Shown here piece after piece: positions 1 to 13,620 of a DNA stretch of 64,000 bases (position 1 is its first letter; each line of letters opens with the position of its first letter). Under the pieces are notes generated by a model that was given only the letters and a program-made list of their open reading frames with translations, was not told the origin of the DNA and ran no database searches. This DNA is from Balanoglossus misakiensis (lineage: Eukaryota > Animalia > Hemichordata): the NCBI GenBank assembly GCA_040954595.2, contig CM082581.2:6068699-6132698 (forward strand), in the 5' to 3' direction. The translations under genes and the position numbers were made by a program.

Positions 1-520
1 CGATCAGGCCCGATATTATCCACACGACCGTTGAAATGCACGCCAGCTTTTTCGCCGACATTTTTGCATCGTAAGTGAAGGGGTAGTTGATGGCAACGTA
101 GCGATCGATAGCGATGCAGCACAGGTGGTTGATCGACGAGGTGCACGCCACTATGTCGATCGCCAGCCAAAACTGGCAATAGACGCTGCCGAAGTACCAC
201 TTCCCGGCGAAGTGGTACGTGAGGGTGGTGGGCATGATGAGGGAACCCATCAGCTCGTCGGCGAAGGCGAGGTTCAGGATGAACAGGTTGGTCATGGTCC
301 GCAGGCGCCGGTACTTGAACACCGCCACGATGACGAACACGTTGCCCACGATCGCCGTCAGCGTAATCACGGCGAACACGATCCCCAGGACCATGTCGCC
401 GGCGCCCAGAGTCGACGCGGACTCGTCCTGTCCGCAGGAAGCGCCGCTGGAGTTGGCGAGGTCGCTCTCCGATGAAACATTGCACGGATTTCCCAGGTCC
501 ACATCATCAGGAGCGGCCAT
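1..520 (-). CDS. Aminergic class A GPCR (adrenergic/dopamine/octopamine/serotonin receptor-like), N-terminus to TM4; 3' end lies outside the window
   Basis: Manual translation from ATG at 520: MAAPDDVDLGNPCNVSSESDLANSSG...AIVGNVFVIVAVFKYRRLRTMTNLFILNLAFADELMG..MP..GKWYFGSVYCQFWLAIDIVACTSSINHLCCIAIDRYVAINYPFTY..VVWIISGLI. It contains TM1 GN, TM2 LAxAD, the amine-binding Asp3.32, DRY, the TM4 Trp and N-glycosylation sequons (NVS, NSS). A splice acceptor (tttatgcag, AG at 540-539) just upstream implies a 5'UTR intron. Missing from the ORF track because there is no stop in the window. Confidence 0.95.
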   Translation of the reverse strand, partial: MAAPDDVDLGNPCNVSSESDLANSSGASCGQDESASTLGAGDMVLGIVFAVITLTAIVGNVFVIVAVFKYRRLRTMTNLFILNLAFADELMGSLIMPTTLTYHFAGKWYFGSVYCQFWLAIDIVACTSSINHLCCIAIDRYVAINYPFTYDAKMSAKKLACISTVVWIISGLI

Positions 521-3500
521 CGTATCTCCAATTCACAACTGCATAAAACGCACCAACACAAAATTTGAGGGTGATTTCTGTATGAGGTAATCTAGCGTGA
601 TAACGACGATATGTGTCGCCGTTACTAGGTGCAAGAAGAGTAATACGTGCATAGATTCGATATCAAGCGTTGCCTGTCTAACAAACGTCGTTCCTTACCC
701 GTATGCAAGGTGCAAACTTAATATTTTTTGAAAACTTTCAGAAGTTCCGAGCGGAAAAAGGCTTGACTGAATAGGCGAACACCTGTTAACGCCACTGCTG
801 GACTCGCCGGTACAGGAAAGTGAAACTGCCGCTCGGTGTGACTGACGTGCTCTCTCCTCCCCGAGATAATCGCCCATGAAAACGAGAACGACGGGACATG
901 AATTGAATATTTCAATATTTGCAGGTACCAGCTTCGCTCGGTCTTGTGCGGATGTAGTACTCAAAGCGACAACGTTAACATCACGGTGAATGAACCTCTA
1001 TTTCCCCATATAGCTTCGGCTATACGCAGTGTGTGTAAGGTCGGTTGTCGACGACGCGTGCCGCTCAGAGGTGAACGTTGCCAGTTCCTGGAGAGAGGTG
1101 GCGCGAATAGTATTCCGCCGCCGCGGCCGTTTGCTAGTGTACCACCGGTGCGAATGTACAGCGAGACACCACGGCATGCCGTTAGACGCCACTTAACGAC
1201 TGAAAAACATCTTGGCACAAAATCAATACGAATCCATACATCGGCATCGATCTCTTGTGGGGAAATGCAAGTGCGACGATGTGCCGAACGCGGTGGCCAA
1301 TCCACAAATGACTCGATAACACCACATTGCGCGTGTACTTCCCCCAAGTATCCGCACAGCGCATGCGCGAAATGAGAGTTATCTTGGCTGGCTTTTCCTG
1401 ACCTCCCTATCTTCGCACAAGGGAAGCTGGCATGTGCTCTTGAGGATGCATTCAAAAACTGACCGACGATTGCGAACTTAATCTGGTGTATGTGCCATTT
1501 CGCTTTCACAGTTTAAAATAATCGCCGTGAAATTTATGCATGGCGGCTATCCAAGTCGTTGCCCAGCAGTAAGCATATGACAACAACTTGTTATTTTTCA
1601 TGGCGGGAAGCTTGGGATAACAAGGCTCCTGATTTGTCCTTCGCCAGGAGAAAAACGCCCTCAAAGTACAAAGACAACATAACCTGAATAAAGGTCGACA
1701 CTCTACCCAATGTCAGATATTTTCAGTACACACCGAGTAAATATCATGTGTTGCCACAGAAACAATTTTCGCGACAGCTTGCGAAGGCGATACTTCGCCA
1801 CAGGAAACGGTGTGACCGAAGTCATCACATTTCAACACTAGCCCTGCGCAGCACACACTGGCCCTAAATCCATCGCGGTTCAACTGATCGACGATCAACT
1901 TAATCGAAAGGGAATTCTAGTTCAACAAAAGAGAGCATTTATACCAGATGATAAGGTATTATCTCTTTACCCATGCATTAAATCTTAAAATTAACAAAAA
2001 AATGTGTTTTTGAGTCGACACCAGGGATTGGGCAATGTTTATAGCTGTACTCAGAACTTGAACAGTCTGCGCTGGGTGGCTGTTTACTGTGTCAAAACAC
2101 AACGCCGACACATGCCTGTATGAATATTTCACACTGATTTTCCCAACTCTCTATAACAGAGATGGCTGAAAATGACGCTCGCGTGACACCCCGGCGGTAA
2201 CAGCTGGCATCAGCTTCGGCTGGATTTACTGGTATAGATAATAAGCCCTAGATTCTGTCAAACATTTGGAAGAAGTAAAATCGTAAACCAGAATGAAAAA
2301 AACGCACCAAAGACTGAGCCAGCCTATGGACAGGTAATGTTTGGGGGAATTAGTAATGCATGTATTTCTGTTGCGACTCACACACAAAAATACAATATAC
2401 GTCTTTTTAAAGCGATTGTCGTGAAAATTAGGTCGAATTTGCTGGAATTGAAGTCAACACTTCACACAGTTGATTTCTTGCAACGGACATGGTAGCTCAA
2501 GTACAATGTACCGTGATGGAATGACTATTAAAGCCAGCGAAAGTGCGATCGTCTTCACAGTTCTCGTCGAGGTGTTAATTGTTTTGAATTATGCAAGACA
2601 GGGCGGCCGCTGTGTGGAGATGCCCCAAGGGCCAGATGGCGTATGCTCCAGCCGGCATTCACTTGCGCTTTCACCGAACCTCCCATTGTCAAGCATTGCA
2701 AAACACGTTACGTCACCAGCAAGTGTTTTCCCCGCCTGGTGGCCACGTATAGTGACACCCGGACAACCGACACAATGAACTCCCCATTTGACGTTTGCTC
2801 CCACGGCAATGATGGCATCACGATTTACTAAAGAAAACAAGCATTATATACGCTCACAACCTGTGACGCACAAGTACAAGAATTGTCCCCTCAATTCTGA
2901 CGCTTTACAATTGTAAGGGAAATTTAAATAGTCGCAATTTTATGCTATTGCCAAGACACAACTGACGACAGCAGAACTGGTATAATTCGAAGCTTTTTGT
3001 CTAATTACTACAGGATTATGTCATTTCCGCATTGCTAACACAGGACTACTGGAATCGCCGATTTTCATTGTGTTTGTGTTATTTGTGTCACGGTTGAAGA
3101 GCGGAATGATCTGTTTTTGTGTGACAAATTCTTGCCCTTGTGGTTGTGGAATGAAAACACTGTAAAAGCGGATCTGGTAATGTCAACGACTATAGGGGCA
3201 TTTGAGAGGCTTTAGATTGAAATGAACAGGGAAGGCCCGTACTTGCGGAATCTGTGCGCCGTCGGCCATGGAAATCCGCAGCAAACCGGTCCGTCAAAAC
3301 CATTCATCTTCATCGTCGACCGATGTTGTCACCTACACCCCGGCGACGGTGCGGGGAATGGGCAAAAGCGTCGCCGGCGGAATTGAAGAAAAGCCCCGAC
3401 AAATCCGCCGCCGATGCCCGCTGGCTTTATTGGAGGGAAAAGTCGAATCGATCTCGATGGGAGCAATGACGGCATCGGCGGTGCCGGTGATTTACTTGGT

Positions 3501-3994
3501 CGGTCTCCCGAGCCTGATTGGATTAAAAGTTAATTACAATTACTGATAACGCCGTGACCTTTTGTGCAGCGCTGTATATACTCTTGTGAGATTCCGCTCA
3601 ATAAAACTTCTCACGGAATTCCCACGTGCCAACACTGACTCCCTTCATCAACATCGATTTCACTGTTAAATAAATAACAAATTAAATTTATTTGTTATAC
3701 CTCCCCATTGGCACTGGGAATCTTTAAAAGAACGCCAGTGTTTGTCCGAAGAATTCCCCCAGTAATACCGTCCGAACCCAAATTGCGTATGAAACGTAAG
3801 TGATTAGCTGCGTAGCGGGGTTGCGGTAATGAACGGTGGAACTGTGGGGGAAACTAACTTCAACATCAGTTTATGAAATAATGTGTACGTTTTTCCCCTG
3901 TAGAATGTCATATCATTCCCGAAGGTTGTCTTCCATTTCATTTCATTTCATATCAGAGTCATATTAATATGCATGTATTAATATGTATGTATTA

Positions 3995-3996
<2 letters not shown>

Positions 3997-4025
<29 letters not shown>

Positions 4026-4199
4026 TGTATGTATGTATGTATGTATGTATGTATGTATGTATGTATGTATGTATGTATGTATGTATGTATGTATGTATGT
4101 ATGTATGTATGTATGTATGTATGTATGTATGTATGTATGTATGTATGTATGTATGTATGTATGTGTGTGTGTGTGTGTGTATGTATGTGTGTGTGTGTG
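3997..4199. repeat. (ATGT)n microsatellite followed by (GT)n
   Basis: Directly visible; explains the MYVC/HTYI ORFs. Confidence 0.98.
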
Positions 4200-5007
4200 A
4201 TAGAGGGCTGTGGTAGACTGCACAATTGATCTGATCTAGTCATGCGGATCAGACGACGATTTTCTTAATTGCACCATCGTGATTTCTTCGCGTATCTGAA
4301 GGATTTAGCTGTCTTGCTATTTCAGGACAAGTTGACCTGTGTCTAGGCTCAGAGGAACGCACAAACGACTTCGCTTCTTCATCGTTTACTATTAGGGTTT
4401 GCCCTTTACTCTGGGGGTTGTTGCGCTTTCCACATAAAAATTGATCCTGTGAGTTCGGATGTAAATTCCGTCGACAGTGTTTCAAGATTCAGTGTAGGCT
4501 CCTGTGGACTCTTATAAGATTCGATGATCTCCGAAGGAGCCCGGTAACTCCTAGAAATACGGACAGCTGTAAGAACTAACGTGTAAGGCAGTATGAACAC
4601 TCTGGAAGATCGTTCGCGAAGAAAATATCCACAATTTGCTCATTTAGGTTGATACTTCTAAAGAAATTAGATAGATAACTACTTGGTTTGTTTGCATTTA
4701 TATCGCCCACTTAAGTTGTTCTGGGGAGGGTCATTCTTAAATCCGTCCCATGAAACAATCTTCAATGCCACCGCGCTTCAATAATCGTTATTCTCATAAA
4801 TATTTCACTAGTACACTGTGAACACTGTTAGTGAAACTGGGGATTTCATTAACCTTTGCTAACACGAATAATTTTTATGGTAATCCGTTCAGAAATGTAC
4901 GAATTACATCCATTCAATTTCCTCGTCGAGATTTAGGATAATGATAAACATGATGAAGATCACGACGACGTTGTTGTTATTGTTGTAATCGTCGTCGCTG
5001 TTGTTGT

Positions 5008-5119
<112 letters not shown>

Positions 5120-8100
5120 CAGAGGTCAGAAATGTTCACGTTATCCCTTCGTCTGGTTTACGTAAGAGATTGTAATGAATCCGGAATCTGATTAAAATGA
5201 CCTGAAATCGAGAAGACGTACATGTATATCCAAAGTCAGCTTAACTAGATTTGAAATTCCGAACACTCTTGTGATTTTAACTTTGTATACGTGCTTACAC
5301 GTGGAAAGTCGGATTCACTGAATACTCGTTGGAAGAGACGGAGAAGAAGCCCAAGATGAATTTGCCCAGAGGGGGCCAATTCGATCCGATCGTTTTGATT
5401 GGACAGCAGCCGTCGTCGAAGACGTGGCATATGAAACTTGTTTACTTCGTAATCGCAGTCAACTAATGTGCACTCTGGGAGAAAGGTATTACCCACATAA
5501 GTGGATTGTGACGAATCACCCCCACATGGTTAATGCCTTTAAAGTAATGAGTTATGCTATTATACATCATTTGATTTCCTCTTTTCTCAAAGGCAAGCAG
5601 CGTTGCAGCCATTCATTTTTTTATGTTGACAAGAACTGTTAGGGTAGAAATGGGTAACCATTACTATTTTTTTTTCAAAATGCCTCTTTGTGAGTCATTT
5701 TGTTGTTGTGTTTTTTTCTGTCTACGTCGATGTCTACGTATGTTCGTCTCTGTTTGTCGGTTGCCAGGTAAGAGAGTGGTGCTCACAGTGATAAATCTTG
5801 TGTGCATACTTGAGTGGTCCCGCCTACACGATTTCTTGCTTGATCGTCTCGTATGTTCTTTCAAGTGCTTTTTTTGTTAAGCGTTATTGAAGACTAGGGT
5901 GCATGCTCGGGAAAAGTGTATTTGCCGTCATAAAAAAAGTCGAGCTGGACGGCCGGAGGGAAAATCGCACACTGTATGCTTAGAAGGATGTTACTTCATT
6001 GTGTCATCATTGCACGTATTCCAACCAGAAATAACGCCGCGTCCTTGCAAAATGGAGTACAATTTGATTTTTCGGAGGTGAAGGCCGCTCCGTGAAAGTG
6101 CACGTTACGTGACCACTGTATAAATAAGGGTCGTGTACCGTACCCTTCTCTCACAAGAAAAGCCATGATCCCATTTGATTGAGTCCCAATCGGCTTCTTT
6201 CATATGATCTTTTCTCCTGACGCTTTTGACTTCCGGGTATGACCTTCAGTTCATCCAATTGATTCCCATCCCCAGTAAATATTGAAAAAAAAACGTTCTC
6301 AGCAGTTTGCTATTAAAAGAAACTGCCTGCAAAGAATACGACGTAAGTGTCTTCGCAAGAATGATCTCAATTGTCCCGGGCACAGTCGTCAAACGTCCTC
6401 AAGGCGGCTTGGATGAAAAACTCATTTTACCGATGTCCCTGGGGACTTATTATGTTTGGCAACCCCAGTTTGAATGATACATGTTCTGAAACTCCATTCT
6501 TTGAAGCTCCATTAGCTGTATCTGTTCGTTATGCTTTAAGCAGTTTTGTTTTGTGTGTGTACTACAGGTTTTTTTCAAATTCTTGAAACATTACGAAATG
6601 TCCAGCATTCAGCTTATCAACATAACATATTTTGTTCGTCGAACTTTTGAAGTGATCTGAAGCAGTTCCGGAGCCCGCAAGGATGTTTCTGATTGGCCAA
6701 TTCTTTTCTCCACACACTCTTAAAACAGGTGCACACCCGGTGCATTGATGCTGTGTGAAGAAATTGTTCGCATCATAATAGCGTAAGTGAATTTGTGGTA
6801 TTGGACTGTTGAATGTAACGACCTCCCTTTCATTCGCATGCCCCAAATAAAATGTACTTTCGATTGCTGCTCTCGTTCACGTCAATTGACTGACCTCAGC
6901 GCATGCGCCTCGAGTTTTCCAGGAATATCCAATTAATGGGGGCGGAATTTGTGGGCGGCACCTGTTAATTATACCAATTAGTCTGGGACCATATGTTTAT
7001 GACGTAATCATGCGTAATGGGTAATAAGAAATCATTACTGATTACATTTCTGATAGCCGCAAAAGGCGGAAACGCAGTCTCCCGCGTCCGGAACCACTTC
7101 TCAAATTAGGTTCCGCGTTCGCATATTGCATGCACGTCTGACGCACATGTGCGCATAATTGTCTTTTATGAAGGGAGAAAACTATGCATTTTTGACTTAC
7201 CAAGCAAAATTTATATGAAAGTAATGGAAATAACCTTCAGACCACCCTCCCCTTTTAGCATTGTAGCTTATTAGCGTCGATGAAGCTTGGCGGCGTTTGG
7301 TTCTTGGTTGTGTCGAGAAATCGTTCTACCGGTAGAGGGTGAAATGACGCGTACCGCATCCCAGATTCCAGCGACATCATAAGCCTCCGGCGTCTTAATT
7401 AAGAAAATTGTATCCGGAGATTGATGCAAATTTATAGCCATTATAAAGTTAGCAGACATTATTAGAGTGGTTTGCAATTTTCATTTCCGTGCAAATGACT
7501 ATCTTAACACGTTTGAATTCCAAGGTCGATGGTTGCTTGGGGCATATCTGTATCATCTGAACGTGTGTTGGGGCACAAGTTGACGCGCCACTCAAGAAAG
7601 AGGGACTGTGGTCAGAATGACCTTACTTCTACCGTCCACTATGGCGGTCTCACTGTTTTGTATTCGACACATGAGACGAATATACCTTACAGTAAGGTAT
7701 ACTAGGTACACTCGACACCGACCGTATTAATATTTGATTGCACAAAAACAGCGAGCCGCCTCCACGTTCACTTTTTATACGAAATGAATCCGAGATCACC
7801 CTGGCACAGATCGGGAGGCGCAGTGTAGGCCTTCTCCTGACCTCAATATCCTTAATTCAATTATTTGGGGGCAGTATCCGCAATTCTTGGCAAATGAAAA
7901 AAACTCCAGCTCTCGTCCAAAATGGATTACACTCAAAATATAGTCTATATTCATGATATTTTCGATGAACCTGGGTATTTTCTTTCTTCTTTAATATAAC
8001 ACTAACTGGGTTGTCGAATCGAATAAACTTTTTCCGCAACCTACGGAACAATGGGATTGTCGTGATGGGAGCTCCGTCGGACGAGATTTTTTTTTCAGTA

Positions 8101-9344
8101 AATGCGTATTTCGACAGTAACATCATGCAACACGACTCGTGTAACCATTTCTGGCCGAATTCTAGTATCTAGTGATGATATTAAAGAACTAAACGTATTT
8201 TACCAGTTATTCTTTCAATAGACAATAAATATCATGATAACGTCGCTTGCGGCGCGCGGAGGAAGCATGTTTCCTATCCATCGGCACATATTGGACGTCG
8301 TCAGTGAAACACAATCTCAGTCACTTCTGTATAACGAGCTTAATAACAATACCTTTGACTATATCACGACTACATGAATGTAAGTATCACATTGCGAATG
8401 TGTTTTGGACCTTTGTATTTGGGCACGCTTCGGATTGCACATCGCAACATCAAGGGAATGTTCATTTTGTATCACGGAGGGGGGAGGAGGTTCGGCCGGC
8501 GAAGATACCATAATAAGCATTGCAGTTCTTTTGGGTTATTGCCCTTCTTAAGTGATGTGTATTCTCAATAATTAGAAAAAATACATATGTTCAGGGCACG
8601 CTAGGCTGATTTTGATGGAATATTCTTCCCATATTGCAAACAGATTATTTCTGACTGACGCGACAAGAAAGAATAGCGTATAGATTACTTATTCGGAGCT
8701 GGCATTATGTTCGATATCGGTAAACTACACTTAAAAATTAGTTCGTCTGGCCGTTTAAGGTAAATACACTGTAAATCGCATTAGGCTTTTGTACCAGTTT
8801 GAAAGCGGGTAAGATTCTGGCGTTGTGCGCATGGGCAACCTGAGCCAGAGGACAATCAGTGGCGTGTGATTATAGTTCGTATGGCATGATCCCAGCTTTC
8901 ATGGTTGTATATCAGGTCTTTTAAGCCTGGAGAAGTCAATCGATGATCCGATTTGGTTGTAGTCTGCTTTGAATCATTACACTGCGCTTGCTGGTACTAA
9001 CTGTATAATCGGTTAATTACAGTCGAGCGTTCCAGACATCAACTGCCAGAGATCCATGCCACTTTCGTGCAGCCGTCTTCATGTTTATTTAAGCTGCACG
9101 TAATTATCTTGACAAACTGAAAAAAGGTCGACGCGGATCTTTTTAAATTGATGTGAGCGATGACCAGAAACAACTCAATTTTTTCCTTCTTTCCTCGAGG
9201 GACTTGTTTCAATCACATACATGTAGACCTTGCTAGTTGACGTTGACCATTGACCAGCTCGCATTCTGCACGCATATACTTACCCCAGGCACTATTGTAT
9301 TTGGTTTGGCACTGTTTCAAATATCTGCAACTGTCTTGCATATC

Positions 9345-9461
9345 TCATTCATTCATTCATTCATTCATTCATTCATTCATTCATTCATTCATTAATTCAT
9401 TAATTCATTCATTCATTCATTCATTCATTCATTCATTCATTCATTCATTCATTCATTCATT
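9345..9461. repeat. (TCAT)n microsatellite
   Basis: Directly visible, with two TAAT interruptions. Confidence 0.97.
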
Positions 9462-10984
9462 CTCGCATGTATGAGGATGAGCTGTAAACGGAAAGAAATA
9501 GGCATCAAAGATACATCGATGGCAAAGAAGGTAATACAATAATTATGATGCACGAAACATAACCTTGACGCGCGTGGGTGTGTTCAGCGTTCACTGAAAT
9601 GTCATCAGCGAGATGGCCAGAGTGTCTCAGATGTTTCAACTCCACGGCAACAGAATTTCAGTCGAACCGAATCCAGTGTGGTATGTGCGCCGCGTGTTCC
9701 CATTTACCAATATAATTATGAAGCGAACCATGGAACCATAAAGCGGAGTGAATCCAACGCCTAAAAGTTCCCAGCGGAGACATTTCTTTTCCCATCACTC
9801 ATGTGCGCTCTTTCCAGTGTTATTGTTATCACCACCAGTCGCAGGTGTTTCACAAAATCTCCCCAATACCCCTAACATTCTATGTTACGTGTCGGTAAAA
9901 GTGAGATCGAAATGTCATCGCGACAATTTTTTTTGAGCTCGACGTCGAAATTGTTCGGTTATTCTACAGCTACGGAATAACATCGCCAATGCCTAATGTG
10001 TGCGCTTGTGCCCACTATCGACCGTATGACCAATCTATCGCGTCTGACTCTTCGACTTTGTGTATGGGTTTCTCTGTCTGTCTGTCTGTCTGTCCGTCCG
10101 ACCGTCTGTCTCTCTGCCTCTGCGTGAGAAATCTCAGCCTAATGACACGGAGCAGTAAAGTTTCAACTAACGCACGAACCCGGCTCCAGTGTGATAGGGT
10201 TAAATTTGAACATGCGTCATACGACAGTAACTGTCCGTTTGACTGGTACATGTACATGGCTGGAAGCTACTGAAGCCATGCATGCATCGCTGCAATTCTG
10301 CACGTTACAATATTGACATGCGCATTCGCCTCACCCTGGGGAGTTTACCTTTGCAGCCTTCTCTTTGTGCACGTGTTTAATGCTTGAGTGACTACTCACC
10401 TTTCATAGTTTGTCAACAAGTGTTGTAGGGAGGCATTCCGGACGAGTCTCTTCGTTCAACTATGTTAAACATCCGAAAGAAACGGTTTCGAAAAAGACCT
10501 GTTGATGTCTCCAAGAATACTGCGGCCTTCGAGCTATACCCGCTAACATTCCCTTCCCAAAGTAAATGACTGTGGGCTGTGTCTTTCACCCGGTCTGTTT
10601 TTCCAAGCGTGGTTCGTGAACATGTTAACTTTTTCGAACAGTCAGCGATGACAACAAAACGTGGATTGTACAGCAAAATGATGTATTTTAGCTAGGTCTG
10701 TACTGCCTTTTGAAAGAAGCCGCGAATGTCAAATCCTTGGAATAATTGTGTCACGTATGGACGACTTGATTGCCTCCAAATTTTAATGGGTATGCAGCAT
10801 ATCGAAGATAAAACGTAACGTTACTTGGCATTGGCGTTTCCGAGTTACATTAACCAAGGTCGATCACTGAGGAATTGTCGGTTACGGGTGTTGTATATTA
10901 CACTAATAAAACACCTGTGGTAATGGCTCAGCAAGCAGATGTTGCATTAAATGCATTAGACTCTAGGGGTCCCTGTTCCATCTC

Positions 10985-11110
10985 CGTCTGTCTGCCTGCC
11001 TGTTCATTTGTATGGCTGTCTGTCTGTCTGTCAGCCTGCCTGCCTGTCTGACTGTCTGGTCACATGCCTGCCTGCCCCATTGATTGATTAATTGTCTGTC
11101 TGTCTGGCTG
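10985..11110. repeat. Degenerate (CTGT/CTGC)n simple repeat
   Basis: Directly visible imperfect tetranucleotide tract. Confidence 0.75.
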
Positions 11111-13299
11111 CCGTCTTGCCTCATGAGACCCGCGTATCAATCAAAAGGAGCCGCATTTGTAATGTTAATATCTGGACCAGATGATCTCATTTGGTGTGAT
11201 TGAACCTTTGAGTGGCAGAAGTATAAGTCAAGAAATCAATAAAAGAATCTGATAAAACCTATGTATTTAAACTTTTGTCTATCTTCTTTTTGTCTGGTGA
11301 CCTTCTATTTTCTTCGTGTCGTATACATACATGAATTATGTTCGTTAATCACGGGGGGTCAATGGCTTCTTAATCTAATGAAATCAATATCTATTTTGAT
11401 CTGACGGTGATAAACGAACACGTAATTCTATCATTTGAGGGTGTTATGTATGAGAACATTTAATGTAGGACGATATCTCAGTAATATATTTTCTGGCAAC
11501 ACGCCCATAACTTATAAAACTGTGGCAGGACAACGAGATATCATTTAAACTCAGTGGATCCATCGACGGTAGCGTAGAGACGTCGTGAAGAATATCTGCG
11601 TTGGGCATCATTTCGGCAGAAACGAGAAGATTATATAAATTCAAATGTATTCTGCACATGCTCGAGTGGACCGTTTATTATATCATCATCAAGGAACACA
11701 ATCGGCTAACGTTTTCATGAGAGACCAGTCTATGTCGTCTTACTCATCCTGGCTTAAATGCCATCAGCTTACATGTATATGAGCATAGTGGTCTGTTTGC
11801 ATGGTGACTATACCCCAAGCCAAGCGGAGCAGGCACGTTTGCTGAATTGAATATTTCTTCGTCTTCCTCTAATTACACCTATTAATGGCCATTGCGGCAT
11901 TTTAAACCGAAGACGAGAACAAGCACGTTATCTCGGCGTATGTAATGGAGTGATTTCCCTTGTGATGTTGTTACTCTGAAGCTTTTTAATTGCCTGGGCT
12001 AGACTTACTGTTAGCCATCTCAACAGAAGAAGATGATGTTGCCTCTCCGAGTCGTTAGCTGCACGGGCGGTGTGTCTTTCAGACATGCCGACCGAACGGT
12101 AGTTAAGTGCTTCCCTCGTCAAGATGGTGCTGTATTTTTGCCTCTGTTTGCCGCGCGCCCTTTCAATGAATCAAGAAAAACACTGTCATGGTTTACAATT
12201 GCTGTCTGTCTTGTTAAAATTCCATTTGGCTTACAGTAAGAAACGTACGATAAATGCCTCGACAACCATTTCTTCTTCTGATCCACAGACCAAAGTTCTC
12301 CTTTTAAAAATTAACGTCCTACACATGATATTGAAGCAATTAGTACTTCATATATTCGGGGGTTCGGTTCTTTGGAACCATTTCAAACATGAGGTTATAA
12401 ATCTTTCTATTTTGTAGCAAATTCCTTGATGTTGAAATTGTACATTCTCTGGCTTCATATTTACATGTAGGCTCGTTAAATGCGGTAAGTGAAATGTGCA
12501 AGGCAAATGTATTGAGAAACATGATGAAGATTTCTTCACAAGTCGAAGTTAGCGCAAATCAACACTCTCTTCGGAACGAAGTCATCAAGCTTTATCCCGA
12601 AATTCACATTCCCGTCACACTTATACCGTTTTGAAGCGCGCGTATTTTGGATGTGGACGCAGGAAAACACAAAGCCTCTGTGCCAGCTGTTTGGACCGTC
12701 ACGGTTTACATTCACGCGAATCAAATTTTCATCCAAAGCCAACGAGCTCTTAATAACATCCACAATTCCCAGATTAAGCTAGATATAGCGACGAAAGTAC
12801 ATGCGACCGTATGGGGGGGGGGGGGGGGGGGGGAGGCAGTGTGTGTATTTCATCCGATGTCAATTCTTCACGTCAAAGTAGGCGATTATGGTTGTCAGGG
12901 TAATTTTGCCAGACAAATAACAGTATGTGCGCACAGGTTCTTTAGATTCCACGCAACAGGCAGTGCATTCGATACACCCATGATCAGTGTGATCGCGCTC
13001 ATACATAATCAAACCGACGCTACTGTTGATTAGCTAAGTACAGTACGCACGACCCTTGGTGACGCTTGTACGGTAACATCGCTCGATATTATTCTGTCTA
13101 CCTGTAAATGCTTATTGAGAATAACCAATATCACGACAGATGTACTCCCGATCATCACCGGTTCTTACCGGCAAAATAAACCTGCTACTGTTCACTGGCG
13201 TTAAGTAAATGGGATAAAATAGACTAAGTCCATTGAAAATGTGTTAAATTAAAAAAAGCAATATTCGCGTTAATACATTGAATTCCCGTTGCCATCAAG

Positions 13300-13620
13300 A
13301 TCAATACTAATACAGGCAGTAAGAGCAAATCTGCCACATCTGCCACTATCAACATTCATGAAAATTCCAATATTGTCATCGTCAGTGTTAGCAAGAATAC
13401 CTCCATTGTCATGTCTATTCGTGTAGGATGCAACCCCATTTATAAACAGACTAAATAGCATTGACGTGTGCCAACTTCACAGCATTCAAAACTATCACCG
13501 GGCTGCCATCAATCAAAACACGCGGTTCAATGTTTTCATAAAAAGAGGATACTACCAGTAAGCACTTGTTTTCCCGTGCAAACCGTAAACTAGGGTATTG
13601 ACCTACGCTACTGTTCAAAT
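13300..13620 (-). mobile_element. Decayed non-LTR retrotransposon (LINE) reverse transcriptase fragment
   Basis: Two adjacent minus-strand frames give KCLLVVSSFYENIEPRVLIDGS and LFSLFINGVASY..GGI..IGIFMNVD. This resembles the RT order 'slYenv..V.vnG' - 'LSPxLFSLFINDL' - 'ILLYADD', with frameshifts and a decayed YADD. Confidence 0.5.

Noticed and set aside
40-75. Suspected frameshift in the GPCR at the T5 run
   Set aside because: Recounting gives GCA AAA ATG in frame (YDAKMSAKKL...W); the frame is intact.
125-590. Plus-strand ORFs 125..475 and 219..590
   Set aside because: Antisense shadows of the GC3-rich GPCR coding sequence.
3978-4243. MYVC/HTYI ORFs (likewise SLSL/RERE ORFs at 52.3-52.7 kb and ORFs at 16.4-16.9 kb)
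   Set aside because: Translations of microsatellites.
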